Shown here: positions 11,561-21,900 of the stretch, in pieces
Numbering within the stretch: the first letter of the stretch is position 1
Layout of the letters: the number at the start of each line of letters is the position of its first letter
Source of the DNA: Camelus ferus
Lineage: Eukaryota
Length of the DNA stretch: 64,000 nt
Assembly (NCBI RefSeq): GCF_009834535.1
Contig: NC_045713.1
Span: forward strand, 14,074,001 to 14,138,000
Reading direction: 5' to 3'
Translations under genes and position numbers: made by a program
The notes under the pieces: generated by a model
What the model was told of the DNA's origin: nothing
Databases searched by the model: none
The model's input: the letters and a program-made list of their open reading frames with translations, nothing else

Positions 11561-13839
11561 TCTTCCCCGCTGGGGTGGAAGCCTCTCGAGGCATAATAGG
11601 CACTCAATAAATGTTTGTGCTTTATGTGAACAAGTGGTGGCTTGCGTCTGATGAACAGTGGGATCCTGGGCTAGGCCTGGAGTATTTGATCAGTTGGTCT
11701 TTTAAGGGAAAGACCCCAGCCCCCTGAGGTTTGAGACTGTCAGGGTCCCTCGTTTCGTTTTCTCCCAGATAGGTTCCCTGAGCCCCAAAGCCAGCAACTA
11801 TCACTCCAAATGGGGGCGAGGATGGGGGTAGGGGGACTGCCACCTGAAGAGTTGCAGGTGGGGACCTGGAGGTGGAGCCTCTCCTAAGGTGCCAAGAGTG
11901 GGCAGGGCCTGCAGAGAACTGTGAGGTGTGAGAGGCTCTATTTAGGGGCCGGAGCCAGATGGCTGAGTCCACAAGAAGAAATGATCCTGGGTTGGGTGCT
12001 GTGGGGAAGGCCCCCTCATAACTCCTATCACACCATCTGCCAGGGCTGCACCAGGGACCAGAAGAGAATGCATACCCTAGGGCCGTTCCAGGGAAGAGGC
12101 TGGGCTGCCTGCAGCCTCCTCCCTGGGGAGCTAGTAGTGCCAGCTGGCCCTGATCAACACTGCAGGCTAAGCCCTGGGGACCTTATACCCACACTAGAAG
12201 CCACCAGATGTTTTGCAGACCCTAACCCCAACTCATGAGGAGGCTGGGCCATACACAAAACCTGCAGTGCTGGGCAGGGAGAGCTGCTCCCTGCTTTCCT
12301 CCTTCCTGGAAGGACTCCTGAAGTCCAGATAGCCACAGTTTTGCTGGAGGTTTGTCTCAGGCCCTGGGGAACCACTGTGTTGGGCCTGTGCATTTCTCCC
12401 CACTGTGGCCACCTCCTTGCTTCTAACAATCCCAGAAGGATTTATCACATCCCTCACTCTCCCACTAGGGCTCCTCCCATCCCAGCGAGTTTTGAGGCTG
12501 ATGATCAGAAAAACCTTGAAGAGGATGGTTGGAAAAGTGTTGTTTCTGAACCTCACCCATCCCAGAGCAGAACTGTGTGCCCTGTCAGCTCCCTCACTCA
12601 TGCATGGCTGTTTGTTACAAGGGGCTTAATCTCTTCATCGAGAAGTTGAGGGACAGGTCCCTGTGGCACCTGCTTTCTGGGGCATGGGGCACCCTTGGCC
12701 TTCCTGTTGTTGTTAGAGGTGAAGGGAGAGGCTAGCAGCCCCTCTGGCCCTCCTGTCTCAGTCCTTCTAAAGTCTCCTGTCATCCCATCAGTCCCTTCAC
12801 CCCACCCACCCTACCCGCCCTGCTGAATGTGTGCTATTCAGGCCTGGGAAAGGGCCTTGACCAGAGGGTGACTGTCTTCCCCCACCATCCAGTCTTCCCG
12901 CTGCTCTTTTTCTAAAGTCAAGCCCTCCTGCATCCTCCTCTTCTTCAGTATACCCTGGGAGGTTTCAGTGCCCTCCTGTCCCTCCTCTCCTAAACAGCAC
13001 AAGGATTCTTCTCTCCATCCTCTTCTTGTCCATCCCTGCACTATCTCTGACCCAGCCCCCGCCTACACAGACACCCATGTGGTGTCCTCCACTTGCTGCT
13101 GGGCTGGGCCTGGCCTGGGGTCAGCCTCCCATCTGAAACTTCAGGCCTCAGAGCTGCTCCCAGGTAGGATGTATTCCTGTATTCCCTGCCCCCACTGCAT
13201 GGGGCTGACCCTTCCTGAAATACTTGGCTCCCTCCATCAAGGACCTAAACGTCATGGGGAAGGGGTCTTTCTGTCCAGAGCAACTTCTGGCCCCTCTTGC
13301 CTGGGGCCATTCTTAGTTGCAGCTGCCTCACCCCCAGATGGTGCTCAGGCTACCCAGCTGGACTGTTTCCCTGCCCAAACCTGCTAGTATGTGGCTGGGA
13401 CTCAGGAGTTCTAGCACTGAACTGTCTGTGACTCGGCCCTCCCCATGGATCAAACCCGACTCCCTACCTGTCACAGGAGGTCCTCAACAGCTGACCAAGG
13501 CCCTGAACCCCAAAAGGCCCTGTCACCTAGTGGGCTATACCTGCCCCCCACCCCAACATACACACACACATACATGCACAGCTCCAGCTTCCTCCCTGCC
13601 AGCTTTAATGCCTATCATGGTGATGCAAGTAGACACTCAGAGACCCAGGGGTGGTTTGGGACAAGAGTTTGGCCTGATCCCGGTGGGGAATGCCAGCTTC
13701 ATCACTTAGGTGAGCTCAGGCCAGTCCTGGGGTGCAGTCCTTCCTGAACATGAGGCAGGAGGGACCCAAGTGAGCTCCCTGGCTACATCCGATACCTATG
13801 TAGCTAATGATATCCCAACAGCTTGGCAAAGTTGAATTA

Positions 13840-13945
13840 TAGGCATCTGGCTGATGAGGAAACTGAGGCTTGGGCAAGTTAAGGAATCTAAACCACACAA
13901 CTAGAAATTGGAGCAGCTTGGATTCAAAATCAGACCTGGCCCCAA
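13840..13945 (-). mobile_element. MIR SINE fragment
   Basis: GATGAGGAAACTGAGGCTTGGGCAAGTTAAG...GGATTCAAAATCAGACCTG (antisense MIR). Confidence 0.7.
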
Positions 13946-14299
13946 TCCTGGGTTCTTTCTACTAGAGCAGACTGCTGCCTTGGGGATACCCCAAAACCAC
14001 CAGCCGGGATTGTCCTCCTTTGCCCTGAATGTGCCCTGTAGGGATGGGGGTGGGGGGAGCATCTGGGCCCCAGTCTTCAGATGCAGGGCCCAGCCTGCCT
14101 GAGGGAGGAGGCAGCCAGACCCCCGCCCAGCACGTGGCACAACCCCAGGAGCAGTCAAAGCCTGGCTGTAGGCCGGGGGCCGACTGGGTGGTCCCCCATG
14201 GGCTGCGTGGCTGAGCCACCCCTCCAACCCCTCCCGCCAGCACATTCCTGGCTCCCCAGCCCCTCCCCCGACTCCAGGGCCTCCCAGCCCCCTCCCCCG

Positions 14300-15100
14300 C
14301 TGGCCCAGCCAGTGTCTGAATCTGCTTCTGATTCCGGCTCTGCCGACGAGGCCCCCTCCCCTCCCCTCCCTTCCCCTCCCTCCTTCACGGCCCGAGCAGC
14401 CCCGCCCCCGGCTGGGCCCAGGCGTGCGCCTGCTGCGCCCCCCACCCCCTTCTGGCACAGCTCGCCCGCCCTCGCTGCAGCCGGGAGGAGGCGGCGGCTG
14501 GGGCGCCCCAGGCCCCGCCTGCCCTTGGCCCTTCCCGGGAGGCTGGGAGACCTGCTCTACCCGGCCCTCGGTGGGTGAGTGCGAGCGGCGGGTGGCGGGT
14601 GGGGCCTCTGCAGGCGGAGGCACCGAGAGCGGGGGCGACGCCTGTCATTGCTCCAGGCCCAGCGGGAGGACTCACCGACATCCCCGCTGCTCCGCTCGGC
14701 CAGGGCGTGCCCGCAGCTGCTCCCACCTCTGGGCCCCGGCTAGGGCCGCCTGGGGGCTCTGGTTGCTCGGCATTGAGGACCAGCAGGCAGAGCCTCGGAG
14801 CGGGCTCTCTCTCCCGAGGGCAGTGGCGTGGGACCCCGGCTGGCTGGCTGACCCACGGCGGCTCCGGCCATGCCCGGCTGGCCCTGGGGGCTGCTGCTGA
14901 CCGCGGGCACACTTTTGGCCGCCCTGAGCCCGGGGCCACCGGCGCCCGCCGACCCCTGCCATGACGAGGGGGGCGCGCCCCGCGGCTGTGTGCCCGGCCT
15001 GGTGAACGCGGCCTTGGGCCGCGAGGTGCAGGCGTCCAGCACGTGCGGGCGGCCGGCCACACGGGCCTGCGACGCCTCCGATCCGCGGCGGGCACACCCT
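14300..15100. promoter_or_regulatory. NTN3 CpG-island promoter/5' region
   Basis: CpG-rich with multiple GC boxes and C-tracts upstream of ATG 14870. Boundaries approximate. Confidence 0.65.
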
Positions 15101-17362
15101 GCCAGCCTCCTAACCTCCGCAGGGGGCACCACAAGCCCTCTATGCTGGCGTTCGGACTCGCTAACGCAGGTGCCCCTCAACGTGACCCTCACAGTGCCCC
15201 TGGGCAAGGCTTTTGAGCTGGTGTTCGTGAGCTTGCGCTTCTGCTCGCCACCCCCAACATCCGTGGCCCTGCTCAAGTCTCAGGACCATGGCCGAAGCTG
15301 GGCTCCACTGGGCTTCTTCTCCTCCTGCTGTGGCCTGGATTACAGCCGACTGCCTGCCCCTGCTGATGGCCCAGCTGGCCCAGGGCCTGAAGCCCTGTGC
15401 TTCCCTGAGCCCCAGGCCCAGCCTGACGGTGGTGGCCTTCTGGCCTTCAGCGTGCAGGATGGCAGCCCGCCAGGCCTGGATCTGGACAGCAGCCCAGTGC
15501 TCCAAGACTGGGTGACCGCTACAGACATTCAAATAGTGCTCACAAGGCCTACCATGCTGGGGGACACCAGAGACTCCACAGCCATGGTCCCTTACTCCTA
15601 CTCTGCCACTGAGCTCCAGGTGGGCGGGCGCTGTAAGTGCAATGGGCATGCCTCCAGGTGCCTGCTGGACCCCCAGGGCCATCTGATCTGCGACTGCCGG
15701 CATGGCACCGAGGGCCCGGACTGCAGCCGCTGCAAGCCCTTCTACTGCGACAGGCCATGGCAGCGGGCCACTGCCCGGGAAGCCCACGCCTGCCTTGGTG
15801 AGGCCCTGGAGGGTCGCCTGGGGATCTTAGACCAGGCGAGCCTATCCCTGACCCATCCTTCCCTGCAGCTTGCTCCTGCAACGGCCATGCCCGCCGCTGC
15901 CGCTTCAACATGGAGCTGTACCGACTGTCTGGCCGCCGCAGTGGCGGTGTCTGCCTCAACTGCCGGCACAATACTGCTGGCCGGCACTGCCACTACTGCC
16001 GGGAGGGCTTCTATAGAGACCTGGGCCGTGCCCTGAGTGACCGCCGAGCTTGCAGGGGTGAGCCACCTGCCACCTATACACCCTCACCCTCTGGTTTCCC
16101 ACATCCCTAGATGGGCTTCTGACCATCCCACTTCTGTCCTTAGCCTGTGACTGTCACCCTGTTGGTGCTGCTGGCAAAACCTGCAACCAGACCACAGGCC
16201 AGTGTCCCTGCAAGGATGGCGTCACTGGCCTCACCTGCAACCGCTGTGCCCCTGGCTTCCAGCAGAGCCGCTCTCCAGTAGCACCCTGCGTTAGTGAGTG
16301 ACGCCGCCCTGCTTAGACCACCTCAGCCGAGGTCACCCCAGCTTTCTCTGCTGCCTACCTCTTCCCTGAGCCCTGCACATCCCCCTGCCCCCCTCAACTG
16401 TCTCCTGAGCCCTGCAGAGTCCCCTGCCCCCCTCAAACGCAGGCCATTATCCCATCCTCTCCAGAGACCCCTGTCCCTGGACCCACTGAGGAGAGCAGCC
16501 CTGTGGAGCCCCAGGGTGAGTGGAGGTCCCAGACCACCATGTCCATAGGGGGAGGGGGTAATGGGTTCAAGGAAGGGAAGAGGAAAGGATGGGGGAAGGA
16601 GGTGGGGATCTGTGCCAACCTCCTCCTGCGCCCTCCTCCCAGACTGCGACTTGCACTGCAAACCCGCCCGTGGCAGCTACCGCATCAGCCTGAAGAAGTT
16701 CTGCAGGAAGGACTACGGTAGGCTGCCCTGAGGCCTCCTGCCCTCGACCTCCTCACCTTGCCCTCACTTTCCCTCTGGATACCCTGACCCTAGCTGGACC
16801 CCAAGGCCATACCACACCCCTCTGGTCCTCCGCTGTCCCTGTCCCCGCCCTGTCAGCCCCCCGTGGCCTTCGTGTGCTCGCGATGCTACGTGTCCCCTGT
16901 GGGTTCCTCCTCCGCGCCCCTCCCACGCGCCGCCGCCGGGTGCTCCTCTGCGCGGCCCGCCCCCTCCGGGCCCCGCCCCGCCTGAACCTGCCTCCTCTCG
17001 CCCCCCTTGCAGCGGTGCAGGTGGCAGTGGGCGCGCGGGGCGAGGCGCGCGGCTCCTGGACGCGCTTCCCGGTGGCCGTGCTTGCCGTGTTCCGGAGCGG
17101 CGAGGAGCGCGCGCGGCGCGGGAGCAGCGCGCTGTGGGTGCCGGCGCGGGACGCAGCCTGCGGCTGCCCGCGCTTGCTGCCCGGCCGCCGCTACCTGCTG
17201 CTGGGGGGCGGGCCCGGGGCCGCGGTCGGGGTCCCCGGGGGCCGGGGCCCCGGGCTCAGCGCCGCCCGCGGGAGCCTCGTGCTGCCCTGGCGGGATGCGT
17301 GGACGAGGCGCCTTCGGAGGCTGCAGCGGCGCGAGCGGCGGGGGCGCTGCGGGGCGGCCTGA
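14870..17362 (+). CDS. NTN3: Netrin-3, 580 aa: join(14870..15797,15869..16057,16144..16293,16465..16515,16643..16717,17013..17362)
   Basis: Signal peptide [20 protein letters not shown], laminin N-terminal domain, three laminin-EGF repeats ([33 protein letters not shown]) and a C-terminal NTR/C345C domain ([20 protein letters not shown]...CGCPRL). Exons total 1743 nt (581 codons), all GT-AG. Confidence 0.97.
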
Positions 17363-18299
17363 GCCCGCAGGCCGGGCGGGGACCGGGCTGGGGCCAGGCG
17401 GGGCCCTTCCCACACATCAAGGCGCACGTTCATCCAGTGCATCAGCCTGCTGAGGAGTCTTTGCTCACGTCGCGCGCGTCGCCATCTGGGCCCTCGCCCG
17501 CCCCTGCCCCGCGCCTCCCTCAGTGCCTCGAGCTCCTGCCCAGGAGGGGTGTAACAGACACAATGAAACCTCCGCCCCAACCCAGAGGGATGTAATAGCC
17601 CCAAAGAGTTGTTTCGAGGCCCCCCTTGGCAGATGTCATTCCAGAGGACTCCTTGGTCCCCCACCTTGGAGCTATCTGCCCCCCTGCAAGAGGGCACCGT
17701 GATCCCAGAGGGCTTTCACAGCCGAACGGTTAGAGGCTCTGCGAACACCCCAAGGAGGTGTCACCCCAAGGGCCCCTGTGACACCTCCCCCGTGATGTCG
17801 TGATCCCTCAGCGTTCCCACTTTCCCAAAAGGAAGTGACCCCCTCTTCCCTAAACAGTTATGAATCCCATTGTGACGCCAGGACCTATAGAAGTCTAAGA
17901 ACACCCCCAAGAGCCGCTGTGACTCCACCCTCCCCATGGACTCTGTGATCCGCCAGAGAGCGCTCTGACTACCCAGGAAGCACCGCGGCCACCCACCATA
18001 GACGTCTTTGGACCCCCATGGGGCTCCATGCCACTGGCTCCCCCGCCCCGTGTCAAGACCTGCAGAGGGCGCTGTGACTCCTCCCCCAACGAGGACGGCG
18101 GCCTCTGGTCCTCGTCTGTCCCTCCTGTCACCTCTGCCTGCCGTGTTGGGCGTCCGTGTCCCTGTCCCTGCTGCGTCTTTGCCTGTGTTCGGCCTCTTTC
18201 TTGGCCTGTGGTGTCCCTGTCTCTTGTCTCCGTCTGGCCGTCTCTCTTGGCCTGTGCCTCAGGGCTCCACCGCTCAAGTCCCGCCCGGAGGACCCCTGC

Positions 18300-19150
18300 T
18301 CCCCTTCTCCGCCCGCTTGGGACCGGACGTCGTGCCCACACGGACGCGCGTTCCCAGGTCTACGCGTGACCCGGCGCGGCAGCGACTCGGGCGGGCACCC
18401 CTCCGGACTCCCGATGCTCCAGGTCTTGCTGGAGGGTAGGCCCCCGCAGCACACCCCCGACTCACTCGCGCCCCCTCCCCTCGCACCCGGGCCCTTGCTG
18501 AGCCCGCGCATGCTCCGCCGCCTCGCCGCCCGGCGTCTGTGCGCATGCCCAGGTCCACTGCGAGCAAGACCCGCGGGCGCCCCGGGTGGGCAGCTGGCGG
18601 AGAGTCTCAGCGGGGGCGGGGCCGCGCGCGCGCGTGCGCAGAAAGGCCGGCTCCCTGTCGCTCGGCTAGCTGAGGAGAAAGCGGTGTGGCCGGCGGAGGT
18701 GGGTTCGCGGCCCGCGCCGCGGGAGGAGGTAGGTGCACGGCCGGGAGGGCAGGAGATTGACGGCCCGGCGCGGGGACCGCTGGGGCTGCAGGACAGGGTG
18801 GCCAGCTGTCACTGCAGCCGGGGCGTGCTGACAGAGGGGGCGTGGGGGCCTGGCTGCGGGGCCTCGGTCCGAGGCGGGGCGCGGGGGCCGGCCGTGGCGC
18901 TGGTCGGGGGTTCAGAGCCCGCGCGCCCGGGGCCCGCGGCCGTCCGCCTGGCACTACCTGCCGCCCCCCGCCTGATACTGCCAGCCCGCCCCGAGGACCG
19001 AGCGCCAGGCGGGGCGTGAGATGGGGCCGAAGCCTGCCTCGGCGCTGCGGGACACCCACCCCAAGGGCAGAGCCCACGCCCCTCGCCAGGCGCTGTCCGC
19101 GCCCCGGCCGGCTCAGGGCGAGGCGGCTGTCGGAAAGAGCTGTCTGTGTC
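18300..19150 (+). promoter_or_regulatory. TBC1D24: TBC1D24 CpG-island promoter and probable non-coding exon 1 (candidate donors after 18698 GAG|GTGGGT and 18728 GAG|GTAGGT)
   Basis: This is the only strong CpG island between NTN3 and the first TBC1D24 coding exon. It has NRF1-like GCGCATGC and GCGCGTGCGC motifs (18505-18641). Exon limits are inferred. Confidence 0.55.
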
Positions 19151-20839
19151 ACTCCTTCCTTGGGGCGCTTTCCGCCTCTGCGGGGTAGGAAATCCTCTTC
19201 TGGACTCGAAATTGCAACAGATTCTCAGATAATGTTCTGCCTTTAAAGACCTGCAGCTGCTCCAGTCCCAGCCCTCCGCTAGCCCCAAGATGACACGCCC
19301 GCCCACCTGCCACCTAGGTATCTACCCAGCCTCTGAGCTCCGTCTGGCGGGTGCCGCCTTGGGTGGTCGCTGTGCCAGGCGGCAGTTGTCTTCCAGGCTG
19401 TGCCAGGGAGACAGAAGCATTTCCACAGGGCCCCTGGCACGGTGCTTTCTGAGCCTTGAGTAAGCACAGCTGGAGGTTGGGGAGGGGCTGCGTCCGGTCA
19501 GGGTCCTCCCCGGGCAAGGGTGCTAATAGCCTGGTGACCTCACTCGGGACAGATATAAATGAGCAGTGGGTCTTCTGGATTGGCTGGAGGTTGTCTAAGG
19601 ACCACCTGGGCTGTGCAGAGGCACAGGCTGTTAGGTTAGCAGTGTGCCTGAAGTACAGGCCTGGGGGCCCAAGTGCTTGTGGTTGTGATACTGGTGTTGA
19701 GGTTTTCCCCCAGCTGTTTATTCCTGTCAGGAGTCTGTCTGCCTTTCCAGAGCCAACAGAAGCCCTGGAAAGTGGTTTTTCTTATTTCTGTGTATGTTTG
19801 CTGTGACTTCCAGGCAATTGCAGGGGAAAAAATGGGCAAAAAACTGTCTATTATTTGGCAGATATAGCTGTTTACCTTACTTGAGGGCAAGGGTTCCATC
19901 TTCACTTTCTTGCCCAAGCATATAGTAGCCACCTTGAAATATTGACTTAATGGCTTTAAGAAGTGTGCAGGTTCTTTTCTTTTTAAAGGATACAGGCTGG
20001 GAGAAACAAACTCAGGTAAGAAAAGATCAAAAAATCCCACAAAGGTTTTACAGTTACCATTTCTGGCCGGTGGTACTACTCCCACATGCACTTCCTTTTA
20101 TGCTGAAGGTTGGTCCTCATCTAATCTTCTCAGCCCTCAGATAAAGCTGTAGGTGAAGTGCTTATCTAGTTACGAGTAGTCTGTTTAGAAGCAGACCATG
20201 TCGCATTCGTCTTTGCCTGGCAGGGAATAGGCCAGAGGTTCTCCCTGAATGGTTGTTAAAATGAACCATGGTGCAGTGGTTTTTTGTCGGGGTGAAGGAT
20301 GACCTTCAGAGGATACAGAGGTAATCTGGTAATCTAGGCAGGCTTTTCATAACAATAACAAAATTCACCCCCTGAATTTGCAAGTTCCCCTGCAGGTGGG
20401 CCCCACCAGCTACCACTGATCACAGCTGCCAGGACTGTCCAGCAGGCCAGGTGACCTTGGGCACACTGTATTGCTCCTAATTCTCATTACCATCTGAGCC
20501 AACCTCAGAAAATATGTTTAAGTGTTTGCTTTTAGATGGTTTCTGGTTTAGAGTGAAGAAGGACAATGAAGCAGGTTATAAAAAAGCACTTAACATTTAC
20601 CCTGTTCAGAGTTTGACCTGTTTGAGCATACCTTCTCTGTTGTGACAACTCTGTACAGGGAAGAAAGACGTCCTTTTCAACTCGAAGCAGCAGTTTCAGT
20701 GGCTGTTTCAAGTGTCACTTTCCAAAAGGAGATAACATCAAAGAAACAACACCTTATAAGACCAGTAATCAACTTGAATTCATGATTTGTTGAGTTTCAT
20801 TATTCTCTCAACATACATTTATCCAAATCATACTTCACA

Positions 20840-21900
20840 CGATGCCCTGTGTTCTGTGGCTACAAAACTGAGTGCACCTCTGCCCTTGAGGAACTTACTG
20901 TGCGGTGGGGAGATGGGCCCATGAACTTCACTGTGGTAGGTGCACCTGCAGAAATGGACAGAGCTTGATATGAGTTCAGAGGGGTAGAATCCAGCTGGCC
21001 TCTAGTGGGGGCTCCTGAGAAGGGCTTGAGTTAAATTTTGAAGAATGAATGGGAGTGGCAAGACCATGTGAGGGAAAGAGACTTCCAGGCAAAGGGACAG
21101 TGTGTGAAGTACGGGGCACACCCACCCACGGGCTGTTGGGAGAAGGGCAGTGGATAGCTCCGGTGGTTGGGGTGAAGAGAGGGAGATGAAGTTAAGGAGC
21201 TAGGCTGGCGGCAGATCAGGAAGGCTTTGAGTACCAGGCCCGAGCTTAAATTTTACCCTGATAGCCGTGGTGGGCCACTAAAGGATCTTGGGTTTGTTTG
21301 TGACTGGTTAGATTGTGCTCTCATGGGTGACCATACAGTTCTGGCCAGAATGGGCTGCTGAAGGGCTGCCCTGGGTAAAGGGTGCCTAACGGGATACTGT
21401 AACACACCTAGCAAGACAAAAGGCCCAGTACCGAGGAAGGGCAGTGGGGATCAAAAAGAGAGCAAGACCAGGAGACAATTGGCTGTGGGAATGGGAAGGG
21501 CTAGGGATAAAAGAGGACTTAGAGAACACTCCAAGACTGGCTGACTGGCAGCTGGTAGGGCCATGCCACACACAATATGCAGGAAGGGAGCAGGCCTGGG
21601 AATGGATGATGACTTTGAATACAGGGATGTTGAGCTGAGGGTGGATGAGACTTCCTGGGTATATGTTGATCTGGAGCCAAGGAGAGCAAACTGGGTTCAA
21701 AAGCATTCTGGGCACTTGTTCCTGTGTGGCACTGAAGCCAGAGAGTAGAGTGGGAGAGTGTATGGAATGAGGAAAAGAAGACCAAACCCTAGAGGTACCT
21801 AATGTTTTATGTCCATAAAACACAGAGGAAATAAAGTAACAAAACTGATTAATAAGCTCTTGCCTTTGTGGGACATGGAGGCAGAATAGTGGGTTTTTCA
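20840..21900 (-). mobile_element. Degenerate L2 LINE (antisense) in TBC1D24 intron 1
   Basis: Typical purine-rich antisense L2 phrases (TGCCCTTGAGGAACTTAC, GGAAGGCTTTGAGTACCAGG, GGGATGTTGAGCTGAG). Boundaries approximate. Confidence 0.55.

Noticed and set aside
10593-11651. Overlapping long ORFs 10776..11651 (+, 291 aa) and 10593..11198 (-, 201 aa)
   Set aside because: Low-complexity Arg/Pro/Ala/Gly products typical of stop-poor CpG-island frames. Only the 10843 frame shows a family signature and TM helices.
18156-19019. 287-aa + ORF over the TBC1D24 promoter
   Set aside because: GC-rich shadow ORF with no recognisable domain, and it starts at a non-ATG codon.
19092-19102. GGCGCTGTCCG half-match to the REST/NRSE motif near the TBC1D24 promoter
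   Set aside because: The other half-site is missing, and the match is expected by chance in a GC-rich island.
20711-20729. AGTGTCACTTTCCAAAAGG resembles the TBC1D24 microexon (AGTGTTTCACTTTCTAAAAGG)
   Set aside because: No GT donor follows, the acceptor is poor, and a match this short is compatible with chance.
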